Shown piece after piece: positions 18,182 through 30,528 of a stretch of DNA of 64,000 bases. This stretch comes from a candidate division WOR-3 bacterium (GTDB lineage Bacteria > Hydrothermota > Tepidihabitantia > Tepidihabitantales > DTDR01). Made by a program: the position numbers and the translations under genes. How positions within the stretch are numbered: the stretch's first letter is position 1; each line of letters starts with the position of its first letter. The stretch covers positions 2,057 through 66,056 of the forward strand of contig JBDRVN010000002.1 of assembly GCA_039801885.1 (NCBI GenBank). The letters are read 5' to 3'. The notes under the pieces were generated by a model. The model searched no databases and was not told where the DNA came from. It was given only the letters and a program-made list of their open reading frames with translations.

Positions 18182-20830
18182 TTAGTAGAGGATTATCTTT
18201 TTTACTTTTTTACCTTCTTCGATAAGGAAATAGACCCCTCTTTTAATTTTCCTTTCTGCTTTGCTACCGGTGGCATTATAAATAGAGATATTTTTTTGTT
18301 TTAGTTCTTTTAAAGAGAGGGTATTCAAAGAGGTAATACCTTTTTTCTCTTCGCCTTTCTTTATAGAATAAAGTTCTTGAGGTGGAATATAAAGCCAGAG
18401 TTCTAAGGTTTTATTCCCTTTTAAGGCATAAATCCAGCCGTTTACATAAGATAAGGCACCACCATCTTTTACTTTTTTATTGAAAGGTTCGGTGGGAATT
18501 TGGTCTAAAGGTAGCCATTCGTTATTTTCAATATTGTAGATATAAAATTCATTAGTATTATTTCCTTTCAAGGCATAAATATATTTTTCATTATCCGTTG
18601 TTAAAGAAGCACCGGGTCCGACTGTCTTTTTCTTTTGAGCGCTTGGCGTAAAGAAGAGAGGCATTGGTTCTTTTACTTCCCAAGAATCGAGAGCAGGATT
18701 ATAAACATAAAATTCATTACTCTTTCCTTTCAAGAAATAGAGGTATCGGTTTTGGAAATTAATTAAGGCACTTCCTTTTACTGCTCCTTTATTAAGAGTT
18801 CCTTTAGGAATACTCTTTAAGAAAACAAAGGTATCCTTTTCAATATCGTAACAAAGGAACTTATCAGAACCGCCGCCAATAGTAAAGTAGAGTAATTTCC
18901 CATTTTCATTTTCTAAATAAGCAATAGAAGCACCTTCCTTTATTTTGGCAACAGGAATATCTTTTAGTTTTTCCCAAATTTTGGTTTCTAAATTATAGAA
19001 ATAAAATTCATTAGTTTTATTTCCTTTTAAGAGATAGATTTTATTATTACCACTTGTTAAAGCACCACCTTTTACGCCTTTGTTTTTCTCTCCCTTTGGA
19101 ATATCTGCTTCTTGGTACCATTTATCTAAACGAGGGTTATATCGATAAAACTCAATACTATTATTTCCTTTAGTCGCATAGATATAATTATTGATAAATG
19201 TTAAAGCACCTCCGGAACCAATTCGGTATGGACTATATTCTAAGATAGGCATATCTCTTCTTAATACCCAACCGGAAAATCCAGGTGGTGGAACATAGGG
19301 TTTTTTACCGCCGAAAGTACCAACTAAAGTATCATTAGCAGGATTTTGGTCATAAATGTTATTAAGATAGGTTAAGACATTAAAATCACCTTCTTCAATT
19401 CTAAACATTGGGAAAAAGATAGTCCTTTCTTCACCTTCACCTAAGGCATAGACCATTTTATCCTGAAAATAGATTAATTCATCTTTGCTGTTTTTGATAA
19501 GGAAAGTAATTTTGAATGTTTCGGTATGATAACTATAATTCTTTACTTTTACTTGAGGTGAAATAAGAATATCGGTTTCATACTCGCCAATTGGTTGTAA
19601 GATTTCAACCAAACCAACATCACGGAAACTTAATGAGAAATCGTTATCAGAATAGAAATAATCAAACTTTTCATTGTTACTTAAATCCATATCATTTTCC
19701 AATATTGCCTTCATCACAATCTTATATTCATTTTCGCCTACATTAAAGGGAACAAAGGAAATCTCTCTTTCACTAAATCTTTCCATTGTTATTGATAGGG
19801 TATCACCATAAACAATTTGGTCATCTAAATAGATTTCACAAATTGCAAGAAATTCTTCGTCACAATTGCCACAGTTTTCAAAAAGTCCTACTGGAATAAC
19901 TTCTCCTTGTGGTACATAACCAACCGGATAGATAATTTCTTTTATTCCAACATCGTGATATTCACCTTCGTAGACTAAAACATTTTTTGTTAACTCATCA
20001 TTATAAGGGTTTTTATCTAAAGAAAATAAAGTTTTGGCAATAGCAACATATTCACCAGTCGAAGCATTCCAAGGATTAGATGCTTGAATAGTTAAAGTTT
20101 CTTCCGGTGCCAAATAGAGGTTATCAATTATTGTATAATAAACTAATTGGTTATTATTATTTTTAATGCTAATTTCTAAACTAAAATTGTTAGCCGCTTC
20201 CGTGCCGAAATTCTTAATGGTTACTTTTGGATAAATTAAAGAAGGAACTTCTATCTTTCTTGGTCTAAGAATATTGATTACACCAACATCATAAGGAGTT
20301 AATCTAATACCGGAAACATCATCAATATAACAGGAGTTAACACCAAAAAGTCCAACATTTCTAAAAGCAATAAAGATGGGAATTGAGTCAAATTGGGTTA
20401 AAGGGATTACTCTTAAAGAATATTCTTTGCCCTTAAAACCAAAGGCATCAACTCGGGTATAGAAATTCTCCGGTTTATTACCAGTAATTGATACCCAGAC
20501 TTCTAAAGATTCTCGGAAATTTTTATTATGTGCCCGATAATAGAATTTTAATGTATCGTTACCCGGAACTGGGAAAAGTTGTTTTGTTACAAGCCAATCA
20601 TCATTTCTTATATTCTTCTTTTCAAATCTGCTTCGGGCACAAGCCGGTGGTGAATAGTTTTTTGCCGGTGAGCGTCGCCAACAGACAATACCATTATCCA
20701 TATTGTATATCTGCCACCCCTCCGGCGGAAATTTTTTGTCAGAAAAGCTTTCATTAAGAATATTAGAAAAGACGAAAGAGAATATAATAATACTTAAAAC
20801 TAATACATTTTTATTTTTAAGATAAAACAT
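18182..20830 (-). CDS. Large secreted beta-propeller (Kelch-like repeat) protein with T9SS-type C-terminal sorting-like domain
   Basis: It has an N-terminal signal peptide. There are about six repeats of G(G)AL....IY.LKGN.T.EFY.YN in the 500-780 region. The C-terminus is ISIYNATGSK...GVYFLIEEGKKVKKIILY. The likely start is the ATG at 20830, after SD ggaggtg. The ORF-track GTG at 20836 is 2 codons upstream. Confidence 0.6.
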   Translation of the reverse strand: MFYLKNKNVLVLSIIIFSFVFSNILNESFSDKKFPPEGWQIYNMDNGIVCWRRSPAKNYSPPACARSRFEKKNIRNDDWLVTKQLFPVPGNDTLKFYYRAHNKNFRESLEVWVSITGNKPENFYTRVDAFGFKGKEYSLRVIPLTQFDSIPIFIAFRNVGLFGVNSCYIDDVSGIRLTPYDVGVINILRPRKIEVPSLIYPKVTIKNFGTEAANNFSLEISIKNNNNQLVYYTIIDNLYLAPEETLTIQASNPWNASTGEYVAIAKTLFSLDKNPYNDELTKNVLVYEGEYHDVGIKEIIYPVGYVPQGEVIPVGLFENCGNCDEEFLAICEIYLDDQIVYGDTLSITMERFSEREISFVPFNVGENEYKIVMKAILENDMDLSNNEKFDYFYSDNDFSLSFRDVGLVEILQPIGEYETDILISPQVKVKNYSYHTETFKITFLIKNSKDELIYFQDKMVYALGEGEERTIFFPMFRIEEGDFNVLTYLNNIYDQNPANDTLVGTFGGKKPYVPPPGFSGWVLRRDMPILEYSPYRIGSGGALTFINNYIYATKGNNSIEFYRYNPRLDKWYQEADIPKGEKNKGVKGGALTSGNNKIYLLKGNKTNEFYFYNLETKIWEKLKDIPVAKIKEGASIAYLENENGKLLYFTIGGGSDKFLCYDIEKDTFVFLKSIPKGTLNKGAVKGSALINFQNRYLYFLKGKSNEFYVYNPALDSWEVKEPMPLFFTPSAQKKKTVGPGASLTTDNEKYIYALKGNNTNEFYIYNIENNEWLPLDQIPTEPFNKKVKDGGALSYVNGWIYALKGNKTLELWLYIPPQELYSIKKGEEKKGITSLNTLSLKELKQKNISIYNATGSKAERKIKRGVYFLIEEGKKVKKIILY

Positions 20831-21019
20831 ACACACCTCCTGCTAAGTTTATTTCAATTATAAAAATACATTTTTAATGCCATAATTTAGAGAAATATTT
20901 TTAATAAGTTTATAGTTTTTAATGGCTTAAAAATATTACAAAATTAAAATTTAATTATGATGCGACATATATTTAATTAAATTGTAACTTTTTAAAATTG
21001 AAGGACTTTTTATATGCGA

Positions 21020-22156
21020 CTATGGTCCGACACTTACTTTAACCATATTTTCTTTTGTTAATAATTCTTTTGTTAAATTTAAAGCTTCTTCTTTATCTAT
21101 TTTCTTCACTTTTTCTATCATTTCTTTAAAATCTTTATATTTTAGAAAAGGATTAAAAGAGATAAATCTTAAAACTCCTTTTTCGCCCTCTTCTTTCATT
21201 TTAATTATTTCAATATTTATTATCTTTTTTACTAAATCTAACTTTTTCTTATCTATTTCTAAATTCCTTAAAGTTATCCACAGATTTTTATCAACTTCTT
21301 TAATATATTTTGGAGATGAGATGCCAAGATAGATAAAAAGTCCGCCCTGAGTATTAGTCCATCTCAATTTTAAATCTATCATATAAGTATATTTTCCCAA
21401 TTTATCTTCTAAATAATCGTAAAGGATAGTTTTTAAAACTTCCCAGCAAATATCATACTTTTTAATTTCAAATCCATAAACAGTCTCAACATTCCTTATA
21501 TCTTTCTTTTTAATATAAATCTCCTTTTTATTATGATTTACATAATAAGGCAAAGGTTTTTCACCCTTTTTTGGAATATTAGCATTTTTAATCAATCTTT
21601 CAATTTCTTTTTCTTTTATATCTCCATAAATTAAAATAAAACTATTCCCTTCCCAGTAATATTTTTTATGCCATAAAATTAAATCTTCTTTTGTGATAGA
21701 TTCTATATCTTTTTTAGTTCCCAAACTGGTTTTAAATTGCCAATTGAATATCAAATTTTCTGCCCATTCTTCTGCTAAATCCCAAGGTGGATAATCGGCT
21801 TCGTTTATTATTGCTGTAATTATCTTCTCTTTTTTCTCCTTTTCTAATTTTACATCATCAGATTCCGGATGGAAAATTATTGATAGGAACATATTTAATA
21901 TCTTAGAAAAATCTTTTTTAAGAGAGGTGAAATAAAACAAAGTCTTTTCCGGAAGGGTCATTCCTTCAATTTCTACTCCATATTTTTCTGCTTCTTTATC
22001 TGGCTCAGGATAAAATTTATTGCCAAAGAATATAGAATGTTCTAATAAATGGGTAATTCCTCTTTTACCAGGTTTCTCATGTCGCCAGCCTTGATTAATG
22101 CCGATAATACAATGGACAAGTTCTTTAGAAGGCTCTTTAATAATTATCTTTTCCAT
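21020..22156 (-). CDS. M16-family (pitrilysin/insulinase-like) zinc metallopeptidase
   Basis: It carries the inverted zinc motif HxxEH (HLLEH). The start is placed at the internal Met (MEKIIIKEP). The longer ORF-track N-terminus (to 22354) is likely untranslated. Confidence 0.7.
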   Translation of the reverse strand: MEKIIIKEPSKELVHCIIGINQGWRHEKPGKRGITHLLEHSIFFGNKFYPEPDKEAEKYGVEIEGMTLPEKTLFYFTSLKKDFSKILNMFLSIIFHPESDDVKLEKEKKEKIITAIINEADYPPWDLAEEWAENLIFNWQFKTSLGTKKDIESITKEDLILWHKKYYWEGNSFILIYGDIKEKEIERLIKNANIPKKGEKPLPYYVNHNKKEIYIKKKDIRNVETVYGFEIKKYDICWEVLKTILYDYLEDKLGKYTYMIDLKLRWTNTQGGLFIYLGISSPKYIKEVDKNLWITLRNLEIDKKKLDLVKKIINIEIIKMKEEGEKGVLRFISFNPFLKYKDFKEMIEKVKKIDKEEALNLTKELLTKENMVKVSVGP

Positions 22157-22258
22157 AAAAAATAATATAATCATATAATCAAAGATAAAAAAGTCAATAT
22201 TAAAATTTATGGTAACCTTTTTGGCTCTTTTTTCGTTATATATATAAAGGGAGGAAAT

Positions 22259-22606
22259 ATGAGAAAGTATGAGGAAAGGATAAAAAGATATGAGAAGAAA
22301 CTTGATATTTATTTTCCTAATCGTCTTAAAGAAAAGATGGTGAAGAACTATCAAAAAGAGGCGAAAATATTAGCTGAGATTGATGGTTTAGTTAGTAAAA
22401 TCCTTAATGATTACCAAATTCCTACCGAATATATCTCTTACTATTCTTTTGCTCGGGAATTATATGGGTTAAAAAGGAGATACATAAGTAAGCGGTTAGA
22501 AAAAGAAACGGGGGTATGTTTCCATAAGTGGTTAATGCGCGGATTAGAGAAGAAGGTAATGTTAAAGATAAAGAAAGAGATGGGCAGGTTGCCGTTGGGG
22601 GAATAG
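22259..22606 (+). CDS. Small uncharacterised protein, paralog family member A
   Basis: 115 aa with SD aagggagga. It shares MRK..R..+Y and IPT.Y..Y.SFA.E....+..Y blocks with the ORFs at 47133..47495 and 46819..47136. Confidence 0.5.
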   Translation: MRKYEERIKRYEKKLDIYFPNRLKEKMVKNYQKEAKILAEIDGLVSKILNDYQIPTEYISYYSFARELYGLKRRYISKRLEKETGVCFHKWLMRGLEKKVMLKIKKEMGRLPLGE

Positions 22607-23008
22607 TATAGGAGATAGTATAAGGTTAGGATTTAGATAAATAATCTTTAATTTTCTTAACTTTTGATTATATTTCTATTAAAAGCCCTTTTAAATACTC
22701 TAATTCTTTATTTTTCTTATTAAGTAAATTATGGATTAATTGTTGAAATTTGGAAGGAGCAAGTTTGGATTCCTCTGAGAAACTTTCCGAGCAATCTGAA
22801 AAGTTGAAATAAGATACTTTAATCCCTTCTTTTTACTGAATCATATATTGAGATTTCTAAATTTAATGATAAGGTAGTCACTAAATTTTTACTTCTATTC
22901 TTATCTTAAATAGTTTTATTTCGCCTTCTCTTACAAAGGAGATTGTTCTCTTTCGGCAATAAAAGTAGCTTCCCCTACAAGATAAAGTAATCCTCTTTAT
23001 ATTAATAT

Positions 23009-24100
23009 TTAATGATTTAAACTCTTCATATATCTCTTTCCTGGCAATTCTTTTACTACTCCTTTCATTTCTAACATCAATAAGATTTCTGATATCTCGT
23101 TAATTGGTCTATTCAGTCTTTCAGCAATTTCATCAATATATATTGGATTTTCATTTAAGATTGCTATTATCTCTTTCTCTTCTTCATTTAATTCTATTTC
23201 AATTCCAATCTTTTTTAGTTCCTTTTTTAATGGTAAAGAAAGTTCTTCTAAGATATCTTCTGTTTTTGTTACTATTTTTGCGCCATCTTTTATTAATTTA
23301 TTTGTCCCTTCATACTCTTTTTTAAATAATGGACCTGGGCAGGCAAAGACTTCTATTCCATAATCAATTGCCCATTCACAGGTATTTAAAACACCAGAAG
23401 CAATTGGACAAGCAACCGCAATAACTCCTAAAGAAAGAGCAGCAATTATTCTATTCCTTTGGGGAAAATTATAACTTTCCGGCGGAGTTGAGATGTTAAA
23501 TTCGGAAATTACTGCTCCCTTTGTAGCAATCTCTTCCATTAATCTTTTATTTTCTGGTGGATAGCAAATATCAATACCACAACCTAAAACAGCAATTGTT
23601 CTTCCATCATTTTCAATTGCTCCTTTATGGGCAGAAGAATCTATTCCCCTTGCCAAACCACTAACAATTGTTATTCCGTAATTATTCAATTCCTTTGCTA
23701 ACCGATAAGCAATCATTTGGGAGTATTCACTTGCCCTTCTTGTGCCAATTATTGCTAATGCCAAACTATCTTCCTCTTTGATTTCGCCACGAATAAATAA
23801 GAGTGGTGGAAAGTCAGAAAACCTTAAAAGATTTTTTGGATACCCCTCATCTAAAAAAGATACTATCTTTACATTTAAACTCTCAGCAATTTTAATCTTT
23901 TCTTCTATCTCTTTGTTAATCCCTTCTTTTAAAAAGTTATATATCTCCTCGTCAATTCCGTCAACCTTTAATATCTCTTCTTTATCAGCCTGAAAGATTT
24001 TATCTATATCTTTAAAATAGTTTAGAAGATTTCTTATTTTTCTTTCGGTCATCTTCGGAAGGGAATAGAGCAAAAGATATTTTATTTCTTTTTCTTCCAT
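23009..24100 (-). CDS. dprA: DNA-processing protein DprA (Smf)
   Basis: Rossmann-like motifs are present: LAIIGTRRAS, GLARGIDSSAH. Confidence 0.85.
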   Translation of the reverse strand: MEEKEIKYLLLYSLPKMTERKIRNLLNYFKDIDKIFQADKEEILKVDGIDEEIYNFLKEGINKEIEEKIKIAESLNVKIVSFLDEGYPKNLLRFSDFPPLLFIRGEIKEEDSLALAIIGTRRASEYSQMIAYRLAKELNNYGITIVSGLARGIDSSAHKGAIENDGRTIAVLGCGIDICYPPENKRLMEEIATKGAVISEFNISTPPESYNFPQRNRIIAALSLGVIAVACPIASGVLNTCEWAIDYGIEVFACPGPLFKKEYEGTNKLIKDGAKIVTKTEDILEELSLPLKKELKKIGIEIELNEEEKEIIAILNENPIYIDEIAERLNRPINEISEILLMLEMKGVVKELPGKRYMKSLNH

Positions 24101-25078
24101 TTATTTTAGATTTTCCTTGATGAATTCTATTAGTTTATGGATATTAATCCCTTTTAATGCGGAAATATAAACAGTCGGCAGAGAAAAAGAGAAATTAGGG
24201 ATTTCGGAAACCAAATCAATTTTATTGATTATAATTCCTAAACTTTTTTCTAAAATCTCTTTATTATATTTTTCAATTTCCGAATAGAGAGTTTGAAAAT
24301 CTTCTATTGGATTGCTGGTAATATCTAAGATAAAAAGAATCATTTTACATCTTTCAATATGTCTTAAAAATCTTAAACCCAAGCCTTTTCCTTCGCTTGC
24401 TCCTTTAATTATTCCCGGCATATCACAGGCGGTTATTTTTAAATGGTCAATTTCTAAAACTCCTAAATTTGGTGTTAAAGTAGTGAAGGGGTAGGGAGCA
24501 ATTTTTGGTCGGGCATTAGAGATTGCTCTTAACAATGTTGATTTACCGGCATTAGGTAAACCAACAAAGCCGATATCAGCAAGGAGTCTCAATACCAATT
24601 TTAATTTTACCTTTTCACCTATTTCACCTTTTTCAGCATATCTCGGTCTTTGATTGGTTGGTGATTTGAAATGGGTATTTCCTCTGCCACCTTTGCCACC
24701 TTTGGCAACTAAAAGAACTTCTTTATTTTTTAAGATCGAACCAAAATAGATATATTCTTTTTTCTCTTCATCAAATTTATAAATATCGGTTCCCAAAGGA
24801 ACTTCTAAAAAAATATCTTTTCCTTTTTTCCCGTGTTGATTTTTCCCCTTCCCATTTTCTCCCCTCTTTGCTTTATAATGATATTGATATTGAAAATCGG
24901 CTAAGGTGATTAATCTTTCATCGCCAATAAGATAAACTGAACCACCATCACCGCCATCGCCACCCGCGGGTCCACCTTTGGGTAAAAACTTCTCCCTTAA
25001 AAAAGCAACACAACCATCGCCACCTTTACCACCTTCACAAAGGATTTCAACTTCGTCAACAAATTTTACCCTTTTCAT
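24101..25078 (-). CDS. obg: GTPase Obg/CgtA
   Basis: It has the Gly-rich Obg fold N-terminus (GGKGGDG, GGDGGDGG) and a G domain (GLPNAGKST). Confidence 0.9.
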   Translation of the reverse strand: MKRVKFVDEVEILCEGGKGGDGCVAFLREKFLPKGGPAGGDGGDGGSVYLIGDERLITLADFQYQYHYKAKRGENGKGKNQHGKKGKDIFLEVPLGTDIYKFDEEKKEYIYFGSILKNKEVLLVAKGGKGGRGNTHFKSPTNQRPRYAEKGEIGEKVKLKLVLRLLADIGFVGLPNAGKSTLLRAISNARPKIAPYPFTTLTPNLGVLEIDHLKITACDMPGIIKGASEGKGLGLRFLRHIERCKMILFILDITSNPIEDFQTLYSEIEKYNKEILEKSLGIIINKIDLVSEIPNFSFSLPTVYISALKGINIHKLIEFIKENLK

Positions 25079-25569
25079 TTAGAAAATTTATTTCTTAGCG
25101 CCTTTTCTACACAATTAGGCACAAATTTTTTAAGACAACCACCATATTTGGCAATCTCTTTTACTAGGGAGGCAGAAAGAAAGATATATTCCGGCGAAGG
25201 AACAAAGAAAATTGTTTCAATTTCTGGCGATAATTTTCGATTAGTCAGAGCCATCTGAAATTCATAATCAAAATCGGCTACTGCCCTTAATCCCCGTAAA
25301 ATAGCAAAAATATTTTTCTTTTTACAGAAGTCAATTAATAAAGAATCGTAGCCTTCAATAGTAACATTTTTTAGCTCTAATTCCTGAATTGCTTTTTTTA
25401 CTAAGTCAATTCTTTCGTCCCAACTAAATAACGGTCCTTTCTCTTCTCTTTTAGCAACCGCAACAATTACTTCGTCAAAGATGGCTAATGCCCTTTTTAT
25501 TAAATCCAAATGGCCATTAGTAACGGGGTCAAAACTTCCCGGATAAATTATCTTTCTTCTCTCTTCCAT
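25075..25569 (-). CDS. coaD: Phosphopantetheine adenylyltransferase CoaD
   Basis: It has the IYPGSFDPVTNGHLD HxGH-type motif and is 164 aa. Confidence 0.9.
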   Translation of the reverse strand: MEERRKIIYPGSFDPVTNGHLDLIKRALAIFDEVIVAVAKREEKGPLFSWDERIDLVKKAIQELELKNVTIEGYDSLLIDFCKKKNIFAILRGLRAVADFDYEFQMALTNRKLSPEIETIFFVPSPEYIFLSASLVKEIAKYGGCLKKFVPNCVEKALRNKFSK

Positions 25570-25570
25570 T

Positions 25571-26116
25571 TTAACCTCCTAAAATAATGATTTTGGTATC
25601 CCCATAAATTTTTTCTTTTAAAATATTAAAATCTAAATTTGAGAAACTAATTTTTTTATGACTTTCAACAATTATTATTCCTTTTTCAGATAGTAAATCA
25701 TTTTCTTTTATCAATTTTAAAGTCTTTTCATAGTAGTTTTTAAAATAAGGTGGATCAAGGAAGATGATATCAAATCTTTTCTTTATCTTTTTTAAGAAAA
25801 TAAAGGCATCCATTAAATAAAGATGGCAATTTACTAATTGGTTAAGATTTCTTTTTAAATATTGGAAAATTTTTTTATTCTTTTCAACAAAATAGACTTC
25901 CTGAGCACCAAAAGAAACGGCAGTAATGCCGAAACTTCCGCTACCGGCAAATAAATCTAAAACAATTTTATCTTTTATTTCTTTGCTAACTATATCAAAA
26001 ATTGCCTTTCTTATTTTATCTTGAGTAACCCTTAATTTTCCTTTTGGGAAAAAGATTTTCTTACCCTTTAATATTCCTGCGTGAATTTTTACCATTTTAA
26101 AAATTATAAAAAACAA
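25571..26116 (-). CDS. rsmD: 16S rRNA (guanine966-N2)-methyltransferase RsmD
   Basis: It has LDLFAGSGSFG and the DPPY motif and is 181 aa. Confidence 0.85.
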   Translation of the reverse strand: MFFIIFKMVKIHAGILKGKKIFFPKGKLRVTQDKIRKAIFDIVSKEIKDKIVLDLFAGSGSFGITAVSFGAQEVYFVEKNKKIFQYLKRNLNQLVNCHLYLMDAFIFLKKIKKRFDIIFLDPPYFKNYYEKTLKLIKENDLLSEKGIIIVESHKKISFSNLDFNILKEKIYGDTKIIILGG

Positions 26117-26158
26117 TAAAGTAATTGCAATTAGTTAATTATTGAATTTGACTTTTGA

Positions 26159-28490
<2,332 letters not shown>

Positions 28491-28512
<22 letters not shown>

Positions 28513-29009
28513 AGATTATTTTTTTGTTATTAATAATTCTTTCCTGCCAGAAGAAAAATGAAGAAGTTATTGAAAAGAAAAGATTCCCTTCTCAAATAAC
28601 CACCAATTTTGAACTTTTAGAAAGCGCCACCGGTAAACGACTTTTTAAGTTGTTTGCTAAAAAGGCATTACTTTTTGATGAGGAGAAATTAATTTATATT
28701 TATAAGCCAATCATTTATTTTTTTGATGAAGAAAATAAAATTTCAGCAATTTTAGAATGTGATTCGGGTATTGTTGACCAGAAAAATTATAATCTTTTTG
28801 GTTTTGGCTCAATAGTGGTGAGAACTAATGATTCTACCTATCTTTTTTGTGATTCTTTAAGATGGGATAATCAAAAGCAGATGGTTTTTACCAATTCCTT
28901 TGTCCGTCTTAAAAATGAGAGTGGTGAGATAGAAGGAATTGGTTTAGAAAGCGATGCTGGTTTATCAAAAGTAAAAATTTTAAAAGAGGTAAGTGGAAAA
29001 GCCAAATGA
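28491..29009 (+). CDS. lptC: LptC-like LPS export protein (lipoprotein variant)
   Basis: 172 aa with an ILSCQ lipobox after the signal peptide. Its position is immediately upstream of lptA and lptB, as in kdsC-lptC-lptA-lptB-rpoN. Confidence 0.55.
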
Positions 29010-29812
29010 TTTTTTTAATTTTTTTTCTTTTTAATTTTGAATTGAAAGCACCGACTACGGAGTTTGTTAACCGTGATGGCAAAAGAATAACTATTTTTCC
29101 TTTAGGAATTGAGATTTATGAAAAAGAGACAAAAATTTTAGCTAATTATGCTGAGTTTGACCCTCAAGAAAGAATTTTTTTCTTAAAAGATTCCGTTAAA
29201 ATTTTTATAAATAAGGATACTTGCTATACCAATTTAGCAATTTATAATTTACAATCAAAAAATTGGGAAATGCCGGAAAAAATTTTTCTGATTGCTAATT
29301 TGAAAAATAAAGGAAAAATAACAATCCTTGGAGAAAATTCTCAATATGATTTAGAAAAAGAGATATTATTTTTAGAAAAAGGAGAAATAAAATTAAAAGA
29401 AAAAGTAAAATTATTGGGGGGAAAGATTAAAATTGACAATAAGAATAGTTTTCTTTATTCTTATTTAGAAACAAAAATTATGAACTACGATGAGAAAGAG
29501 AAAATAATAAACTCTTTACACTGTGATACCCTTTTTTATGATTTTAAAAGTGATACCGGACTGGCAAAAGGCAATGTTAATTATATTGATAGTTTGGGAA
29601 GAGTGGCAGGTGAATTTGCCTCTTTTCTTTTACAAGAGGAGATGATTAAAGAAGCAACTTTTGGTGATAAGGTTTTTCTTTCTTTTGAGAGAGAGAATAA
29701 TAAAATTGAATTAGAATGTAAAAAGGTGTGGTTTGATTTTGATAAAAATGACTTGAAAGTTGCCTACGGAGAAGATATATTTTCGGGCAAGACATATTTT
29801 AAAAAAAAATGA
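29006..29812 (+). CDS. lptA: LptA/OstA-N-like periplasmic LPS transport protein
   Basis: 268 aa, beta-rich. The call rests on the conserved position between lptC and lptB. Confidence 0.5.
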   Translation: MIFLIFFLFNFELKAPTTEFVNRDGKRITIFPLGIEIYEKETKILANYAEFDPQERIFFLKDSVKIFINKDTCYTNLAIYNLQSKNWEMPEKIFLIANLKNKGKITILGENSQYDLEKEILFLEKGEIKLKEKVKLLGGKIKIDNKNSFLYSYLETKIMNYDEKEKIINSLHCDTLFYDFKSDTGLAKGNVNYIDSLGRVAGEFASFLLQEEMIKEATFGDKVFLSFERENNKIELECKKVWFDFDKNDLKVAYGEDIFSGKTYFKKK

Positions 29813-30528
29813 GTTTATTAGTGAAAAATATTTCTAAAAAATATGGCAAACGTTTTGTGTTAAAAGATGTTAGTTTGAAAATTGAAAAAGGAGAGATTGT
29901 TGGTCTTTTAGGACCAAATGGTGCGGGCAAGACGACCACCTTCCATATCATTATGGGATTTGTGAAGCCCGACGATGGTAAGATTAGTTTTTTTGAGAAA
30001 GATATCACCTTTTTACCTTCTTATCAACGGGCAAAATTGGGAATTAGTTATCTTACTCAAGAGCCTTCGGTTTTTTTAAAGTTAAGTGTGGAAGATAATC
30101 TAAAAGGAATAATGGAATTATTAGGTTATAAAAAAGAGGAGATTGAAGAGCGGGTTTCTTTTTTGTTAAATAAATTAGGATTAAATTATTTGAGAAAAGA
30201 AAAGACAAAAAATCTGTCGGGTGGTGAGAGAAGAAAAGTAGAGATTGCTCGGGCATTAACAATTCGTCCCTATTTTCTTTTATTAGACGAGCCCTTTACT
30301 GGTATCGACCCGATTTTTCGTAGTGAAATCCAAGAGATAATTTTAAATTTAAAAGAAGAAAATATCGGTATTTTAATTACCGACCATAATGTCCGAGAAA
30401 CTTTAGAGATTACAGACTATTCTTATCTTATTTATTCGGGCGAAATTCTTTTTTCCGGAATCAAAGAGGAATTGATTAATGATGAAAAGGTTAGGAAAGT
30501 TTATTTGGGAGAGAAATTTCGACCATGA
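29809..30528 (+). CDS. lptB: LPS export ABC transporter ATP-binding protein LptB
   Basis: It has Walker A LLGPNGAGKTT, the LSGGERRK signature and LLLDEP, and it is adjacent to rpoN. Confidence 0.85.
   Translation: MSLLVKNISKKYGKRFVLKDVSLKIEKGEIVGLLGPNGAGKTTTFHIIMGFVKPDDGKISFFEKDITFLPSYQRAKLGISYLTQEPSVFLKLSVEDNLKGIMELLGYKKEEIEERVSFLLNKLGLNYLRKEKTKNLSGGERRKVEIARALTIRPYFLLLDEPFTGIDPIFRSEIQEIILNLKEENIGILITDHNVRETLEITDYSYLIYSGEILFSGIKEELINDEKVRKVYLGEKFRP

Noticed and set aside
20488-20757. Plus-strand 89-aa ORF inside the beta-propeller gene
   Set aside because: It is antisense and embedded in a long, well-supported minus-strand CDS. It has no signals.
21020-22354. Full-length 444-aa reading of the M16 peptidase ORF, including 66 N-terminal codons
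   Set aside because: The extension is an F/I-rich AT-translation, and the conserved domain starts at MEKIIIKEP. A similar case is the HAD gene, 6028..6819 against 6717. For the BamA-like gene, the upstream 36 codons overlap topA.
22607-23008. 400-bp noncoding gap downstream of paralog A as a possible ncRNA or small-ORF locus
   Set aside because: I found only very short ORFs (15 aa or less) and no convincing stem-loops or repeats by eye. I leave it unannotated.
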